A DNA stretch of 63,795 nucleotides, counting the filler, from Licmophora abbreviata (lineage: Eukaryota): the NCBI GenBank assembly GCA_900291995.1. It is 20 parts of 20 records of this genome, joined end to end, with 100 filler letters (N's around TTAATTAATTAA, not from the genome) between each part and the next. Parts side by side here need not be neighbours in the genome. Positions count along the whole stretch, not along the records: positions 21,052 to 25,571 come from OLMU01005670.1; positions 25,672 to 42,969 come from OLMU01005672.1; 18 more parts are not named here. One strand, 5' to 3'. Positions 21,294 through 32,831 of this stretch are shown piece after piece (the first letter of the stretch is position 1; each line of letters starts with the position of its first letter). A model generated the notes under the pieces. That model saw nothing but the letters and a program-made list of their open reading frames with translations. It ran no database searches and was not told the DNA's origin. The position numbers and the translations under genes are program-made.

Positions 21294-23480
21294 ATGAACG
21301 GTCAAGACCAACCAGCACCTCCTGCTGGGCCACCCGCCGCTCCCGCACTGCAGCAGCCGCCGGTCCCGCCCGCGCAGAACGTGCCCCCAGCTCAACTCCC
21401 GCCCAACGCTGTACCACCTGCCCAGGTCCCACAGCTGATCGCGGGAGCCGGACCCGCCCCCATGGGGGGCCTCACTAACTACCGAGACTTCTACGATGCA
21501 GCCCAGAACGACCCCTTCGGGGGTCAATACGAGCAAATTATGCAGACATTCCAAGTCGACGTGGTGAACGCAGCCGCACCTCAGCCTGCTGCCCTGGCGA
21601 ACCAGGTTTACACGTCGGCAGCAGCAAACGTGCCCATGGCGTTCCTCCTCCTCTGTCGCGATCCTCTAGCTGACCCAGCTCAGGATCCCGGAAAGGTGAT
21701 CCTCTTTCACCGACAGCACCGTTTCCCAGCTCGACTCGGACTTCCTGCTACTGAGTGGGACGACCAAGGTTTCGCTACCAAGGGAAACGTAGTCCATCAC
21801 CAAGCGGTGACGATTCACTGGCCCAAGACTACTTCCACCAAGCAGGAGCTTTAGTCCGCGTGCCGACCCTTGAGCAGGTGATCCAGCAGATGGCTGCACA
21901 CCCAATGCCCATGCTCCTAGGACCATTCGGAAACAACGATGCGGGAACCGAAGTTGTCAGGACGAGACGCTCGATGTACGTTCCGCCGCGTTACGTGAGT
22001 CTGTTCCTCGACGAAGACCTGACGCCTGCGGAGGCTTTCACTCGTCTCGTCGGAGCTGTAACAGCTGATGGAACTCGGAATGCCTGCGCTCCCCTGATTA
22101 CGTGGCTACGCGTCGCCCTTACGCGCAATGCCGCCGATGCCGCGTCGATTCTCGAGGTACCGCCGCCGACAGTTCCGCTGGCCGATCAAGTCCTCCTCCA
22201 GCACCGATGGGAGCTCCTCCACCGGGACCTCCCGGGCCTGGCCCTAGCCTCCCAGCCACCTCAAGGTATGAACGAGGTTGCCGGGCAGATCGGACACCTG
22301 GTCACAGCCATGACGAAAGGACAGGATGACGCGCGCTTGGCGCGCCTTCAGACTCAGACTAAGACCCCCGATCAGTTCTACGGACCCCGCCTCCAGAGCA
22401 TTCTGCGACTTTGCCAGGTGGCGTCCAGCGAGCATCTGCCGCCCCTCTATGACGCGATCGCCAACTCTCCCAAGAACCAAGAGCGAGTTGTGATCCAACA
22501 GTACATGGACGAGTCGGCCGACCTACTGAACGTGGGTCACAAAGTGATCGTGACACCCAGTATGGCGAAGAAGGTAGCCAGTGCATCGTGGGCCATGGAC
22601 GACGACAATGTCCTCGACACCGGCCTCCATCATTTCCACTTTACCTACCGTACTCCCCGAGCCCAAGAGGTCCTCCGTCATCTCGTAGAGACCCACTCCA
22701 TGGTGTCCGAGCACGATGCCAACCCGTCTCTGCAGGACGCCCAAGCTCTCCTCGCGGCGGACAAAACTGATTTACCCGTGACGTGGTCCCAGGTTCGGTA
22801 CACCCTCCAGAACATGATGGTGGCGTCCTCGACAGCTTTTGGCGTGGCTCACAGCCACACCCAAGCGATGACCCGACTCCTGGCAACTTACAGTGCGAAC
22901 GAACACGTGGTGGAGACGATGACGATGCCCCCGGGAGTCCCGACCACCCATGCCCCTGCCTACTTCATCCGTTGGATGCAGCTACGCTTCAGTGTGTGGG
23001 TCGACGAGCAGCTCCGCTCCCCGGCCATCGTTCCGGTACCCGCGTACGGCGACATCTTCCGGAAGATTCGTTTCAACGAGTACTGGATCCCGACGTTCCC
23101 TCCAGGCTTCATCCCCGTACCAGACACTCCCGCCCAGACTCCTGCCGTTCCGCCGCCATCGTCCGGCGCGCCTGCCACCCAAGGCGGCCCGGGCACCGCA
23201 GACGCCGATACGAACCGCCGAGTGAACAACCTGAGTTGGAAGAGTATGTTCCAACCTTAGCTACAAGTCGATTGCCATCAAGGTCCGAGACCTCAGGCAG
23301 CGGCTTTCAGCAGAGAGCGTCACGATCCCAAAGCGCGCTGATGGTCAAACCCGTTGCTTGGCTTGGCACGTGAAAGGAATGTGCAACGAAAACTGCGGAA
23401 ACAACTCTGATCACATCGTCGGCAGCGACGAAGACGACGAGGCTCTCCTTACTTGGTGTCAGCAGCACTGGCACGAATAG
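21294..23480 (+). pseudogene. gag-like ORF1, interrupted twice
   Basis: Pro/Gln-rich N-terminus. -1 indel at about 21822 (GGCCCAAG). 4-nt insertion at 23258-23261. C-terminal CLAWHVKGMCNENCGKHSDH finger, ending at TAG 23478-23480. Confidence 0.7.
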
Positions 23481-25571
23481 GTGGTAGGCAAGGACTCGGG
23501 CCGGATGGGCCCCAGTCTAGAGCCATCGCCACCAGCCACTGCCTACACCAAGAAGCGAGCAACTTTGCAGGACTCGCGGACCTCTCAGACGAAGAGAGCG
23601 AAGCCGTCCTTTCCTATTCAGGATACCTCGGAGACACTTGGTGAGTTAGTGAAGCGTGACGTAACTCTATTTAGAACCCACGGTTTGCCTACACTGATCC
23701 GCCTCCGTCGTGGCCGCGGTGACTTCACCAATCTCCAAAACATCAAAACCCACCCCGCGCACCGCCTCCTCCGCCAGTATAGCCGACGAGGTGCGCCGGT
23801 GGTATACTCCACCCCTCCATGGTCCCACTCCCGCGTACGCGCCGCAGTCGACCGAGGGCCTCATCAATCCTCGTACGAACACCTTCCGTTCCTACATGAG
23901 GAGATGATCGACTTCATCAAGAAGGGCTTCTGGCTACTCCTCCCATACAGCCTGGCCCGTACGATTCAAAGTCTCCGCATCGCGCCCTTTGGCGTCGTGC
24001 CCCAGCATGGAAGACGACCTTGCGTAATTTGCGACTTCAGCTTCCATGGCCAAAATGAGGAAACTCTACCCATAGCTCCGATGGAGGCCATGCAGTTTGG
24101 CCGAGCATTGGAGAGGTACCTTCGACACATCGTATTAGCTGACCCCCGCTTCGGCCCGGTCAAGATGCTCAAGGTTGACCTCTCGGACGGATTCTATCGT
24201 GTCTGGGTTCGGCTGGAAGATGTGCCGAAGCTTGCCATGATCTATCCGGCCGACGACAGAGAGGATCCTCTCATAGCTTTCCCGTTGGCACTACCTATGG
24301 GCTGGAAGAACTCCCCACCCATCTTCTCCGCAGTCACGGAGACAATAGCCGATGTTGCGAATCAACGACTCCTGAAGAATCGCCCAGCTTTCCCACATCG
24401 CCTCGACAGTGTCGCCGATACCCAGCCAGAAACGGACGTGGACTCTGCGATCTTGCAACAAGCCAACTACTCCCAAACTTCCACCGCCGCGCCGCTCAAC
24501 CGAGATCCTGCGCTCCTGGTTCGCAATGCCCGACGTGCTGCGTATTTCGACATCTTTGTAGACGACTTTTTGGGTTTGGCGCAAGGAAACGAGCAGCGTC
24601 TACAGTATGTCCGACGAACCTTGTTACATGCAATCGACGACGTCCTCCGCCCTCTCGACTCATCCGACAACGAACACCGGAAAGAACCTGCATCAATTAA
24701 GAAGTTGTCCAAGGGTGACGGCTCCTGGCAGACGGTGAAGGAGATCCTTGGTTGGATCATCGACACACAGTCCATGACGTTGTCACTGACTCAACGACGA
24801 GCCAACCGATTATCCGAATTACTTGACAGCATTCCCCCGACTCAGCGGCGCCTATCTGTAAATACCTGGCACAAGCTCCTCGGCGAATTGCGTTCCATGT
24901 CTATCGCGCTCCCGGGATCCCGAGGATTATTCAGTCTCCTTCAAGAAGCGTTCAGAACAGAAGACAACCGAAAACGAATCAAGCTGAGCGCCGACGTCCA
25001 CCACATTCTCCAAGATTTTCGATGGCTCCAAAATCAGCTCACAGACCGACCTACCCGACTGTATGAACTCGTTCCCTTGCCTCCCACTATCGTCGGAGCT
25101 CACGACGCCGCCGGTCATGGAGCAGGAGGAGTATGGCTACCAACCGAACACGCCGTTCCCAGAGCTGCTCCCCTTTTCGGACACGATGCACGACGACAGG
25201 CCACACCCATTGTCTGGCGACTTCCCTTTTCGAAGAAAGTTCAGTCCTCACTCGTCTCCTTCCAGAACCCGAACGGAACGATCACGAATTCTGACCTCGA
25301 ACTACTGGGCGGGATTATGCACCAGGAAGCAGCCGCCCACTGTTTCGACGTGCGCGAACGCACCATCCTCAGCAAAACGGACAACCTTGCTACAATGTAT
25401 TGGACACGAAAAGGGTCAGCTACTACCACTTCTGCACCCTCACGACTCCTTCGTATACTGTCGTACCATCAACGATACCATCGATACCTACCCCGGCATG
25501 ATTACATCCCGGGCCCCTCGAACCAAATGAGCGACGATGCATCGCGGCTCCAACATTTATCTAACCGCGAT
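23481..25571 (+). CDS. reverse transcriptase-RNase H (ORF2), 3'-partial
   Basis: Open frame of about 697 codons with the RT and RNase H motifs listed above; in frame with the ORF1 stop. Confidence 0.85.
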
Positions 25572-25913
25572 NNNNNNNNNNNNNNNNNNNNNNNNNNNNN
25601 NNNNNNNNNNNNNNNTTAATTAATTAANNNNNNNNNNNNNNNNNNNNNNNNNNNNNNNNNNNNNNNNNNNNTCGCAAGCCTCAAAAAGAAAAAAATCCAG
25701 AATGGCGCCACGTTGACTCACTCACTCAACTCAACTCAACTCTCAACTCATCCTCGCGTCGTCCACAACGCTGCTGTTGCTGTCGCACGCCCTCTTTCGC
25801 AGTCTTGCCCTCTCGGGGCCTTCCTTCTTGGTCTCGCCCGCCTGATTAAAACTCTCTCCGGCTTTTCAAATCCGAATTTTTGACTCCAAATTGAGAAAAA
25901 TACAGAATAAAAA

Positions 25914-27935
25914 ATGACGACGACGAGCACAATATCACGTTTGTTCTTTTTCTGCAGTCTTGTGGGACTTTGGGGCAGCCTGACATGGACGCAATCTCAT
26001 GGGTTTTCATATAGCAACAGTAACAAGAATCCTGTGAGAAGGACGACCACTCGTCGATCGAGTCATCGACTGAAGAACTACAATTCCGGAGGACGGCACC
26101 GTCGCGGTCTCTGGCTCTCTGGTAGCAGTGATACTAGCAACGGCAGCGATAGCAGTCCAGAACAACCACCCCCCGACTCATCATCACCGCCCTCCACTCA
26201 TAGTAAAAAACGGCAAGACACTGACGATCTGTCGCAGGAAGGACGCCGAGAGTCTACTACTTTCGAACCAACAGCATCGGCATTCGATGCCTCGGCCACG
26301 CGTGCTACTACCGGTACTAGTGCAGGCATCCCGTCCTACAAGTCTATTCTGCTCTTTACGTCTACCACCATTCTCATTTGGCTGTCGGAACCACTCTTGA
26401 GCTTGGTCGACACCACGGTCGTGGGCATGACATCTACAACATCGGTGGCACCGCTCGCTGCCCTCGGACCTGCTACCATGCTCATTGATTCCTGTGTATA
26501 TCTGTGTTACTTTCTAAGTATCTCCACAACGAATAGTATTGCCAAACACTTGGCAAACAACAACCCGCGTGCTCTGCAACGAACAACGTCCCATGTACTG
26601 GGAGTGGCTACGGTATTGGGAATCATCATGATGGGCATTGTTTATGGCATGGGCCGGCCGCTCTTGACGTGGATGGCGGGAGGTCCAGCACAAGCCTCAT
26701 CCTTGGTACCACTGGCACTGCAGTATTGTCGAATTCGATGCATCGTGGCGCCTCTTGCTATTCTGGGCATGACGGCTCAAAGTATTTGCTTGGCCTGTCT
26801 GGACACGGTCACTCCTGCCAAGGCGGTGGTGGTTGCATCCGTCTTGAACATTGTGGGCGACATCTTGTTGGCCAAGCCATTGGGGATTGCGGGTGCGGCC
26901 ATTGCCACGGCTGTCGCGTCATCCGCCAGTGCGTTGATTCTATTGCAACAGGTGCGAATCAAAACAAAGGCATGGGCGAAAGAAGATTTGTTTCGGTCGA
27001 CAGGTATGAACGGCAGCAAGATGCAGCTCAACAATATCACAAGAGTGATTGATGGGGCGCCAGTAATATTAAATCAAACAGGTGGAGTGGAAACAAGGCC
27101 AGCTTTGTCGTCATTGGAACGCGTAAACGGGAATGATATGACGACGACAACACCAACAAAGACATGCACGGCGAAGGGAGGGTCACTTCAACATCTGCAC
27201 AACGACGAAGAGGAGCAGATTCCCTTTATGAGTTTTCCCGACAAGTCCTCCTTCACCAAGCTCTGTCGTCTGGCCGGTCCTATCTTCTTTGTGCTGTTGG
27301 GCAAGGTGATTTGTTATTCGGCCATGACGTTGCGTGCGACCGACTTTGGGATGGTGCCACTGGCATGTCACAACATCATGATGCGCATCTTCTTTTTCTA
27401 CGCCACATTTGGAGATTCGCTGAGTCAAGCAGCTCAGTCCTATTTGCCTCCAGTGCTGGTAAGAAAGGGCGCGTCCAGAACGAAGTCCGTCAAAACACTA
27501 TTAGGACGTCTCAGCAAAATGGCCGCAGCAATTGGATTTCTGAACCTGACCATGTCCAAGTGGATTTTGCACACGTGCGGGCGATTCTTTTCGTCGAATC
27601 CAGAAATTCTGTCCATGATGCAGCAGCACTCAACAGTCATGAGTCTGGCCTTATTGTTGCATCCATTCATTATGACCTTTGAGGGTGCTATGATTGCAAC
27701 GCAGGATCTGCTCTACATGGTGGCCAACTATGCATTGACTATGGGACTCTTGTTTGGGCAACTCAAGTTTGCTACAACGACATTCGGCGGAGTGTGGGTA
27801 GCACTCTTTGTCTTTCAAGCACTGCGACTGGTACAATTCAGTACGAGGGTGTGGAAGAAGACTGTGCGGAATGGTGAGGGCGACAATGCTGATAGCATTG
27901 CAGATGCATCCTTGCCCGCCCCTGCGGCAGCATGA
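25914..27935 (+). CDS. MATE efflux transporter (DTX46/EDS5-like), probably plastid-targeted
   Basis: WLSEPLLSLVDTTVVG, LAALGPAT, LNIVGD...GIAGAAIAT, GDSLSQAAQSYLP. Signal peptide followed by HG-FS and a Ser/Arg-rich transit-like region. Confidence 0.85.
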   Translation: MTTTSTISRLFFFCSLVGLWGSLTWTQSHGFSYSNSNKNPVRRTTTRRSSHRLKNYNSGGRHRRGLWLSGSSDTSNGSDSSPEQPPPDSSSPPSTHSKKRQDTDDLSQEGRRESTTFEPTASAFDASATRATTGTSAGIPSYKSILLFTSTTILIWLSEPLLSLVDTTVVGMTSTTSVAPLAALGPATMLIDSCVYLCYFLSISTTNSIAKHLANNNPRALQRTTSHVLGVATVLGIIMMGIVYGMGRPLLTWMAGGPAQASSLVPLALQYCRIRCIVAPLAILGMTAQSICLACLDTVTPAKAVVVASVLNIVGDILLAKPLGIAGAAIATAVASSASALILLQQVRIKTKAWAKEDLFRSTGMNGSKMQLNNITRVIDGAPVILNQTGGVETRPALSSLERVNGNDMTTTTPTKTCTAKGGSLQHLHNDEEEQIPFMSFPDKSSFTKLCRLAGPIFFVLLGKVICYSAMTLRATDFGMVPLACHNIMMRIFFFYATFGDSLSQAAQSYLPPVLVRKGASRTKSVKTLLGRLSKMAAAIGFLNLTMSKWILHTCGRFFSSNPEILSMMQQHSTVMSLALLLHPFIMTFEGAMIATQDLLYMVANYALTMGLLFGQLKFATTTFGGVWVALFVFQALRLVQFSTRVWKKTVRNGEGDNADSIADASLPAPAAA

Positions 27936-28131
27936 TTGCAACAACACAAGAGGAAAACCAATAGCGAAAAAATGGAACGTTTTCGGTACAGCTACTTATA
28001 TACTATAATATGAGACATTGTCGTCGTCATGTCCCGCCTGTGTTCACCACTACCATTGTCCCTTGCTTTAAACTGAGTGTCTCGTCGCAAATGATTCGAG
28101 AGCTGCTATTAACTCACAATCATTCATTCTA

Positions 28132-29089
28132 TTAGGGCCACTTTGTCAATTCGATAACCTTCAACAGGATTGGAACACCGGTTGTGACTTGCCAGGCAAA
28201 GAGAGCAATGCCACCGATATTGGCCCCAATGTGAATGGTCCGAGCCGTGTCGTTGCCCTTGATCATTGCTGGGACGGTCGAAACTGCGAGCGCCCACAAG
28301 ACGACCAAGCCAGCGCCGGCGTACAAGTGAGGTCCGGGAAAGAGTTTTCCGGCACGAGCGTAGGTATTGAGCGGGCCCTGTGTAGTACAGAGAGAGAGGG
28401 ATACCGGGAGTGAGAGTGGTACCACGTTGAAGCATGACTAGATGAGTCCCCAATACTATCCTACTAGCCTACTACAACCCCCTCGTGCGTACCTCAATCG
28501 CAAAGGCCGTTCCCACAAAGGCCAAGAGCGCTCCCTGCGAAAAGTGTTTGTCCCGAGGACTCTTGGAGACGAGATCCTTGCGCTCCTTGGTGAGACTGGC
28601 AATCTCCGCTTCCGTCCCGAGAGCCGCCTGTAGTTGCGCGATACTTCCGCCGCTTTCGTTCTTCTTGGCCGCGTCCAGAGCCTCCTGGACCGTCTTGAAT
28701 TCACCAAGATCCGGTAGAGTCTTCTTGAGAACACTAATGTCGTCCCCAATAGTTCGCTGTCGACGCCACTGGAAGCCAAGGACAGCGGTGTAGACACTGA
28801 ATGCGAGGAGTCCAAACATGGTGAGGGGGTGCAAGAGAGAGCCAATTCGGCCCTCGAAAAGACCCCAGTCTGGACTGCCGTTTGCAGTCAGGATGGTCGA
28901 CGACTGCGTCCCGATGGCGGTCGCGACAGAACTGGCCGTTTCGGCAAGAGACGCAGGATCCATCAAGTGAAGTTTGGTACTCGTACTGGTAGCAGCGCCC
29001 CCCGAGAGCGGCGGATGAACCGGAGCAAAGGCCGAAACCGACGAGCCCAGCGTCGAAGCGGAGAGAAGAAACAGAACTGACACGCGCAT
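28132..29089 (-). CDS. DUF4079-family plastid membrane protein, 2 exons (intron 28378-28492)
   Basis: VSA-FAP presequence; LLHP...GFQWRRQR. A GT-AG intron joins AFAIE to GPLNTYARAGKLFPGPHLYAGAG. Confidence 0.85.
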
Positions 29090-29703
29090 GCTTCAAGAGA
29101 GTCAAGTACAGTACAAGATAGAGTGAAAGACTGCGAAGAGCAACGAAGATTGGAGCTGAGGCACAGCTGTAGACTATCAATGCGAAGCTGTTTTTACCTG
29201 GTGGTGCGCGGCAAAAAACGTCAGTCAGCTCCCACAACTGAGTCACTGTTTTCTACGTGGGAGTCAGTACTGAATCTACGTTAGGACGTTTGGACCCGGA
29301 TTTGTGTGCTCCTTGAGCATATCATACCTGGTACCGGCATCACACAGTATGAAACAGTATGCGTCTACTGTTTGCTGCTTTTCTTCTTGTAAGCTTACTT
29401 GACCGATTGACTGCTCTGGCGCATAGGCTGACGGTATGATACCGAACATAGAACACACGTCTACGGTATCTTTCCAATTTTTTAGCTAGCTACGTATAGC
29501 TCTTCGTACAAGGTAGGTAGAGACACGATTGCCACTCTAGCTGCGGCTCAATACGATACTGTTTGCATTCTTCCTCTAGTCGAAAGAAACACGCGCGATG
29601 AGCTCGATCATTGCACGCGGTACCAATCCTTCTCGGATTCAGAGCGTTGAAACTTAGAATATAGTATAAACATACACTCTCGCCTGATGCCTCTACCATC
29701 ACA

Positions 29704-30567
29704 CTACGGCGTCATCATGTGTATTGTCCCAATCATGTATCCGGCGTACGCCCCCAACAAGTGCCACAGACCATGATTGACAATGTACGGCCACCCTCGT
29801 TCCCATACCCAACTCAGACACAAGCACACAACACTCAGTACCATGGCCACAAGTGCCTCCATGGGAAACAGGGACGGATTGGTCGTGAGTACATACGTCA
29901 GGGCTGTCAACAGAGTACACGCGGCCACAATGTAGTCCAACATGAGTGCGACTCGAACTGGTGCTTGGTCGGGACCGAGATTCAACTGTCCAAAGTGATA
30001 GGCAAAGGACGCGACACTCGCAAGCTCTGTAAGTGTTCCGAGCAGCACGTCTCCGTGCAATTGCAGTAGTACGCCAACAATGGTATAGGCCACGTTGGTG
30101 GCTAAAAAAGCGAGACCCAGCGGTGTCTTGTCCGTTTCAGGAGTCAAGTCAGCGTATGTGAGCGCCCATCCGTCTGTGGCGTCGTCCAGTACGACTGCTA
30201 TTGGCGTAAGCATGCTACTTAGATTGCTGGGAATGCCACTCATCAAGCTGCTGCTGTCGCGAGAGCTCGTCGAGCCATCCTTCGACGGAACCGCCGAGTT
30301 TGGTGAGGATGTTTCACCTTCTGTCTCCTCAATATCCTGAAAAAATCGGAGCTGGAGCTTCATGGATTGAGAAGGAGCGTCTTCAACGGCTCTCTGGCGG
30401 GGAGAGCGAAACAATACAGTCTTCCTCGTGGCAATCGTAGCGACGACGGGCCTGCCACGAAAAGGAGGCGCAAAGGCGAGGCCCCTGTCACTCCCCATTG
30501 TCCATAGCAGGCACAGTAGCAGTCTGCTGGTCACAGGCATCATATTTCTGCTTAGTTCCATCGTCAT
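29704..30567 (-). CDS. plastid-targeted membrane protein with CREST-superfamily-like motifs
   Basis: GLA-FAP presequence; TM region with SFAYH, LDY and HGLWH. Confidence 0.6.
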   Translation of the reverse strand: MTMELSRNMMPVTSRLLLCLLWTMGSDRGLAFAPPFRGRPVVATIATRKTVLFRSPRQRAVEDAPSQSMKLQLRFFQDIEETEGETSSPNSAVPSKDGSTSSRDSSSLMSGIPSNLSSMLTPIAVVLDDATDGWALTYADLTPETDKTPLGLAFLATNVAYTIVGVLLQLHGDVLLGTLTELASVASFAYHFGQLNLGPDQAPVRVALMLDYIVAACTLLTALTYVLTTNPSLFPMEALVAMVLSVVCLCLSWVWERGWPYIVNHGLWHLLGAYAGYMIGTIHMMTP

Positions 30568-30820
30568 GATTCGAAGCAAACGACAACAACGGGCAAAACT
30601 AAGACAAGGTCGTCGTGATGAATGGGAATGGATGAGTTTGAGATTTTGTTCTTTGAAAAAGGGAAAAAAGTGCGCTACACAAACATGACGTCGACGGAAT
30701 TCGGAATTCATGTCTTTTCTAGAATAGTGTGTGTCATGGAACGGACTATCATCCCCGTAAAGTAGACTATGTGAAGATGGTAAAAGGTAGACCTATGATA
30801 GCTTCGAAAAGGTACTGAAC

Positions 30821-32545
30821 CTAGACCGTTGTATTGTTCATGTTCGTATCCTTGACAAACTCTTCAACGCACTCAAAGTCCAGGAGCACCTGCTCCCGAT
30901 ACGCAAATGCCAGTTCCACTAGCGTATCGACCCAAACCTTGAGCATCTTCTCATCCTTTTTGAAGATGCTCTGAATCACATGCTTGAAATCTCCCGGCGC
31001 CTTGGCAACAGTCCCACGCACATGCGACGTGGCCGTCGCGACCGCAACTTGCTCCATGAAGTCGATGAAATCATCAGGATCAGTCAAGTCATCCAAATCC
31101 GGAGAATCCTTCCAGGGCGAGCGTTGTCGTATCGAAAAGGGCTGCAGCGTGCCCTGACTAGCATCGGGTAGCATTATCCATCCGGTATACGGGTCCGTGT
31201 AGGATGTCAGGCGTCGCTGTGCTTCCACGACACGAGCTGCGTCGTTGGCAAACAAAACTTGATACCAGGCTGTCTCGTCCAGACTCAAGACGCTTGTGAC
31301 AGCCCCAGGCGGTTGATACTTGACATCGAGAATTATTGATCCATGTTCGCGACTGCCCTTGTCTAGTAATCTATCTTTTCCCTTGAGCAAGACAAAGTAC
31401 CGATCGACTCCAAACGAGCCAATTCCTGATCCTACTCGCTCTGCAACATCCAAAACACTGAAAAAGTCTGGATCCCACGTGCCATGAACGTTCCACCCGA
31501 TCTTCATCAAGGTGGCACCATAGTGCGTGGAAGTAAAGGCATTTCGAATCGCGCGGTCCGTCTCGGCAGACACAGCTGCTAGATTGGTCTTATCATGCGG
31601 CATATTGACAGGTCCCTTGCGAAATTGACGAGAGCTTGTCGTGCGATTGACAAGTGTAAACTTTTCAAGCTGCTTCGGTATGCTCTCGTCGTTCTGGACG
31701 TCGCGAAGATACTTGTCCAGCATCCCATAGGCTGTTTTCGGAGTCAACTCGAACAAAAGGGCCTTTTCATTGTCAACATAGTTCAAAACAGCTTTAATGT
31801 ACGACTCTGCAAATGCCTTCAAGGCTTTTTTGGTCTGTTTGTGACTCAACTCGTTGGTGACGGCATGATTGCATACACTAACTGCAATTCGAAGTATGTC
31901 TACTTGGAAATCATAAATAGCAGCCTCATCAAAGTCATTGACCCCAAAGACGATATCGTCATGTCGATTTCTCCACGCACCAAAGTTGGAGAGATGCTGA
32001 TCTCCCGTGACCCACGTGTAGGTCGACAGGGGATCGAGCGCATGCTTGTTGTCGTTCTGCTGAAACAATAATTGCTGCAGCGGCGCTCCCCACTTGTTCA
32101 CTGCATAATCTTGCCAAAAGATGAGTGCCGTGGCACGATAAAAGACGTTGGGATCGGTGGATTGTGCCTCGTAGCGTAGTTTCAGTTCCTGGGGAGTCGC
32201 GTCCGTGTTGCGCTCCTGGAATCTTGCCAGGAGCCAGTCGCAGCGCTTCTGTACAGCGGGGGCAGAGGAGAAGAACTTCTCTTTGCCAAGCAAGGGGAGA
32301 GAGGAGGAATCCATCAATACTGTTCTTTTATGAGCCTTGTTGCGACGAAGCGGCCATGCCCCCAAAAGCAGAAGCGAAGCGCAGGCGAACGGCATGATCC
32401 ATCGCCGACGACGCCAGAAAGCTCCATCAGTGCCAACGAGGCGACAGTATTGTCGTTCGTCCGTTGCTTGAAGATGAAACTGCTGCTGCTGAAAATCTCC
32501 GCTCCTCACGAAAAGCAGAGACGTGGCTTCATTCATCAGCGGCAT
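30821..32545 (-). CDS. DUF2252-family (kinase-like fold) protein with N-terminal membrane anchor
   Basis: FYRAT, GDQHLSNFG, VNDFDEA, GSGIGSFG, LDVK, RQRSPWK; intronless. Confidence 0.8.
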   Translation of the reverse strand: MPLMNEATSLLFVRSGDFQQQQFHLQATDERQYCRLVGTDGAFWRRRRWIMPFACASLLLLGAWPLRRNKAHKRTVLMDSSSLPLLGKEKFFSSAPAVQKRCDWLLARFQERNTDATPQELKLRYEAQSTDPNVFYRATALIFWQDYAVNKWGAPLQQLLFQQNDNKHALDPLSTYTWVTGDQHLSNFGAWRNRHDDIVFGVNDFDEAAIYDFQVDILRIAVSVCNHAVTNELSHKQTKKALKAFAESYIKAVLNYVDNEKALLFELTPKTAYGMLDKYLRDVQNDESIPKQLEKFTLVNRTTSSRQFRKGPVNMPHDKTNLAAVSAETDRAIRNAFTSTHYGATLMKIGWNVHGTWDPDFFSVLDVAERVGSGIGSFGVDRYFVLLKGKDRLLDKGSREHGSIILDVKYQPPGAVTSVLSLDETAWYQVLFANDAARVVEAQRRLTSYTDPYTGWIMLPDASQGTLQPFSIRQRSPWKDSPDLDDLTDPDDFIDFMEQVAVATATSHVRGTVAKAPGDFKHVIQSIFKKDEKMLKVWVDTLVELAFAYREQVLLDFECVEEFVKDTNMNNTTV

Positions 32546-32831
32546 GTCGACCGGCTTTCAATCGCAGACTACTTGGAACGTTTGCTTGCTGATGTCCTTT
32601 GGTTTAATGTTTGTGCTCAACCCGCAATCCGCGTCACTTGAAAGATTAGAGATTAGTTTAGAATAGGGTTATGAGCTAAAAGATCTCGCTCACCTCTTTG
32701 GCGTCTTGGCGCACCTCTCGGAGTTCGTGTATGATGTCATACCACTTATGCGAGGTACGTGGGCGTCTCAAATTTGGGGTGAAAATTGAAAATTGAAAGA
32801 TTCTTCATTTGATCCATTTTGGACGACGACG

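Larger units (their letters stand above)
21294..25571 (+). mobile_element. tyrosine-recombinase-class (DIRS/Ngaro-like) retrotransposon; gag + RT/RNase H, recombinase not visible (contig ends)
   Basis: Gag-like ORF1 with a terminal zinc finger; no protease motif; RT KVDLSDGF, LPMGW, FVDD; RNase H HDAAG, ITNSDLE, TDN, YIPGPSNQMSDDASR. Confidence 0.8.

Noticed and set aside
16717..25571. RTs as bacterial retron, DGR, group II intron or defence RTs
   Set aside because: Domain context (CCHC + RLE; gag + RNase H) and surrounding DNA identify eukaryotic retrotransposons. No msr/msd, TR/VR or intron structure was seen.
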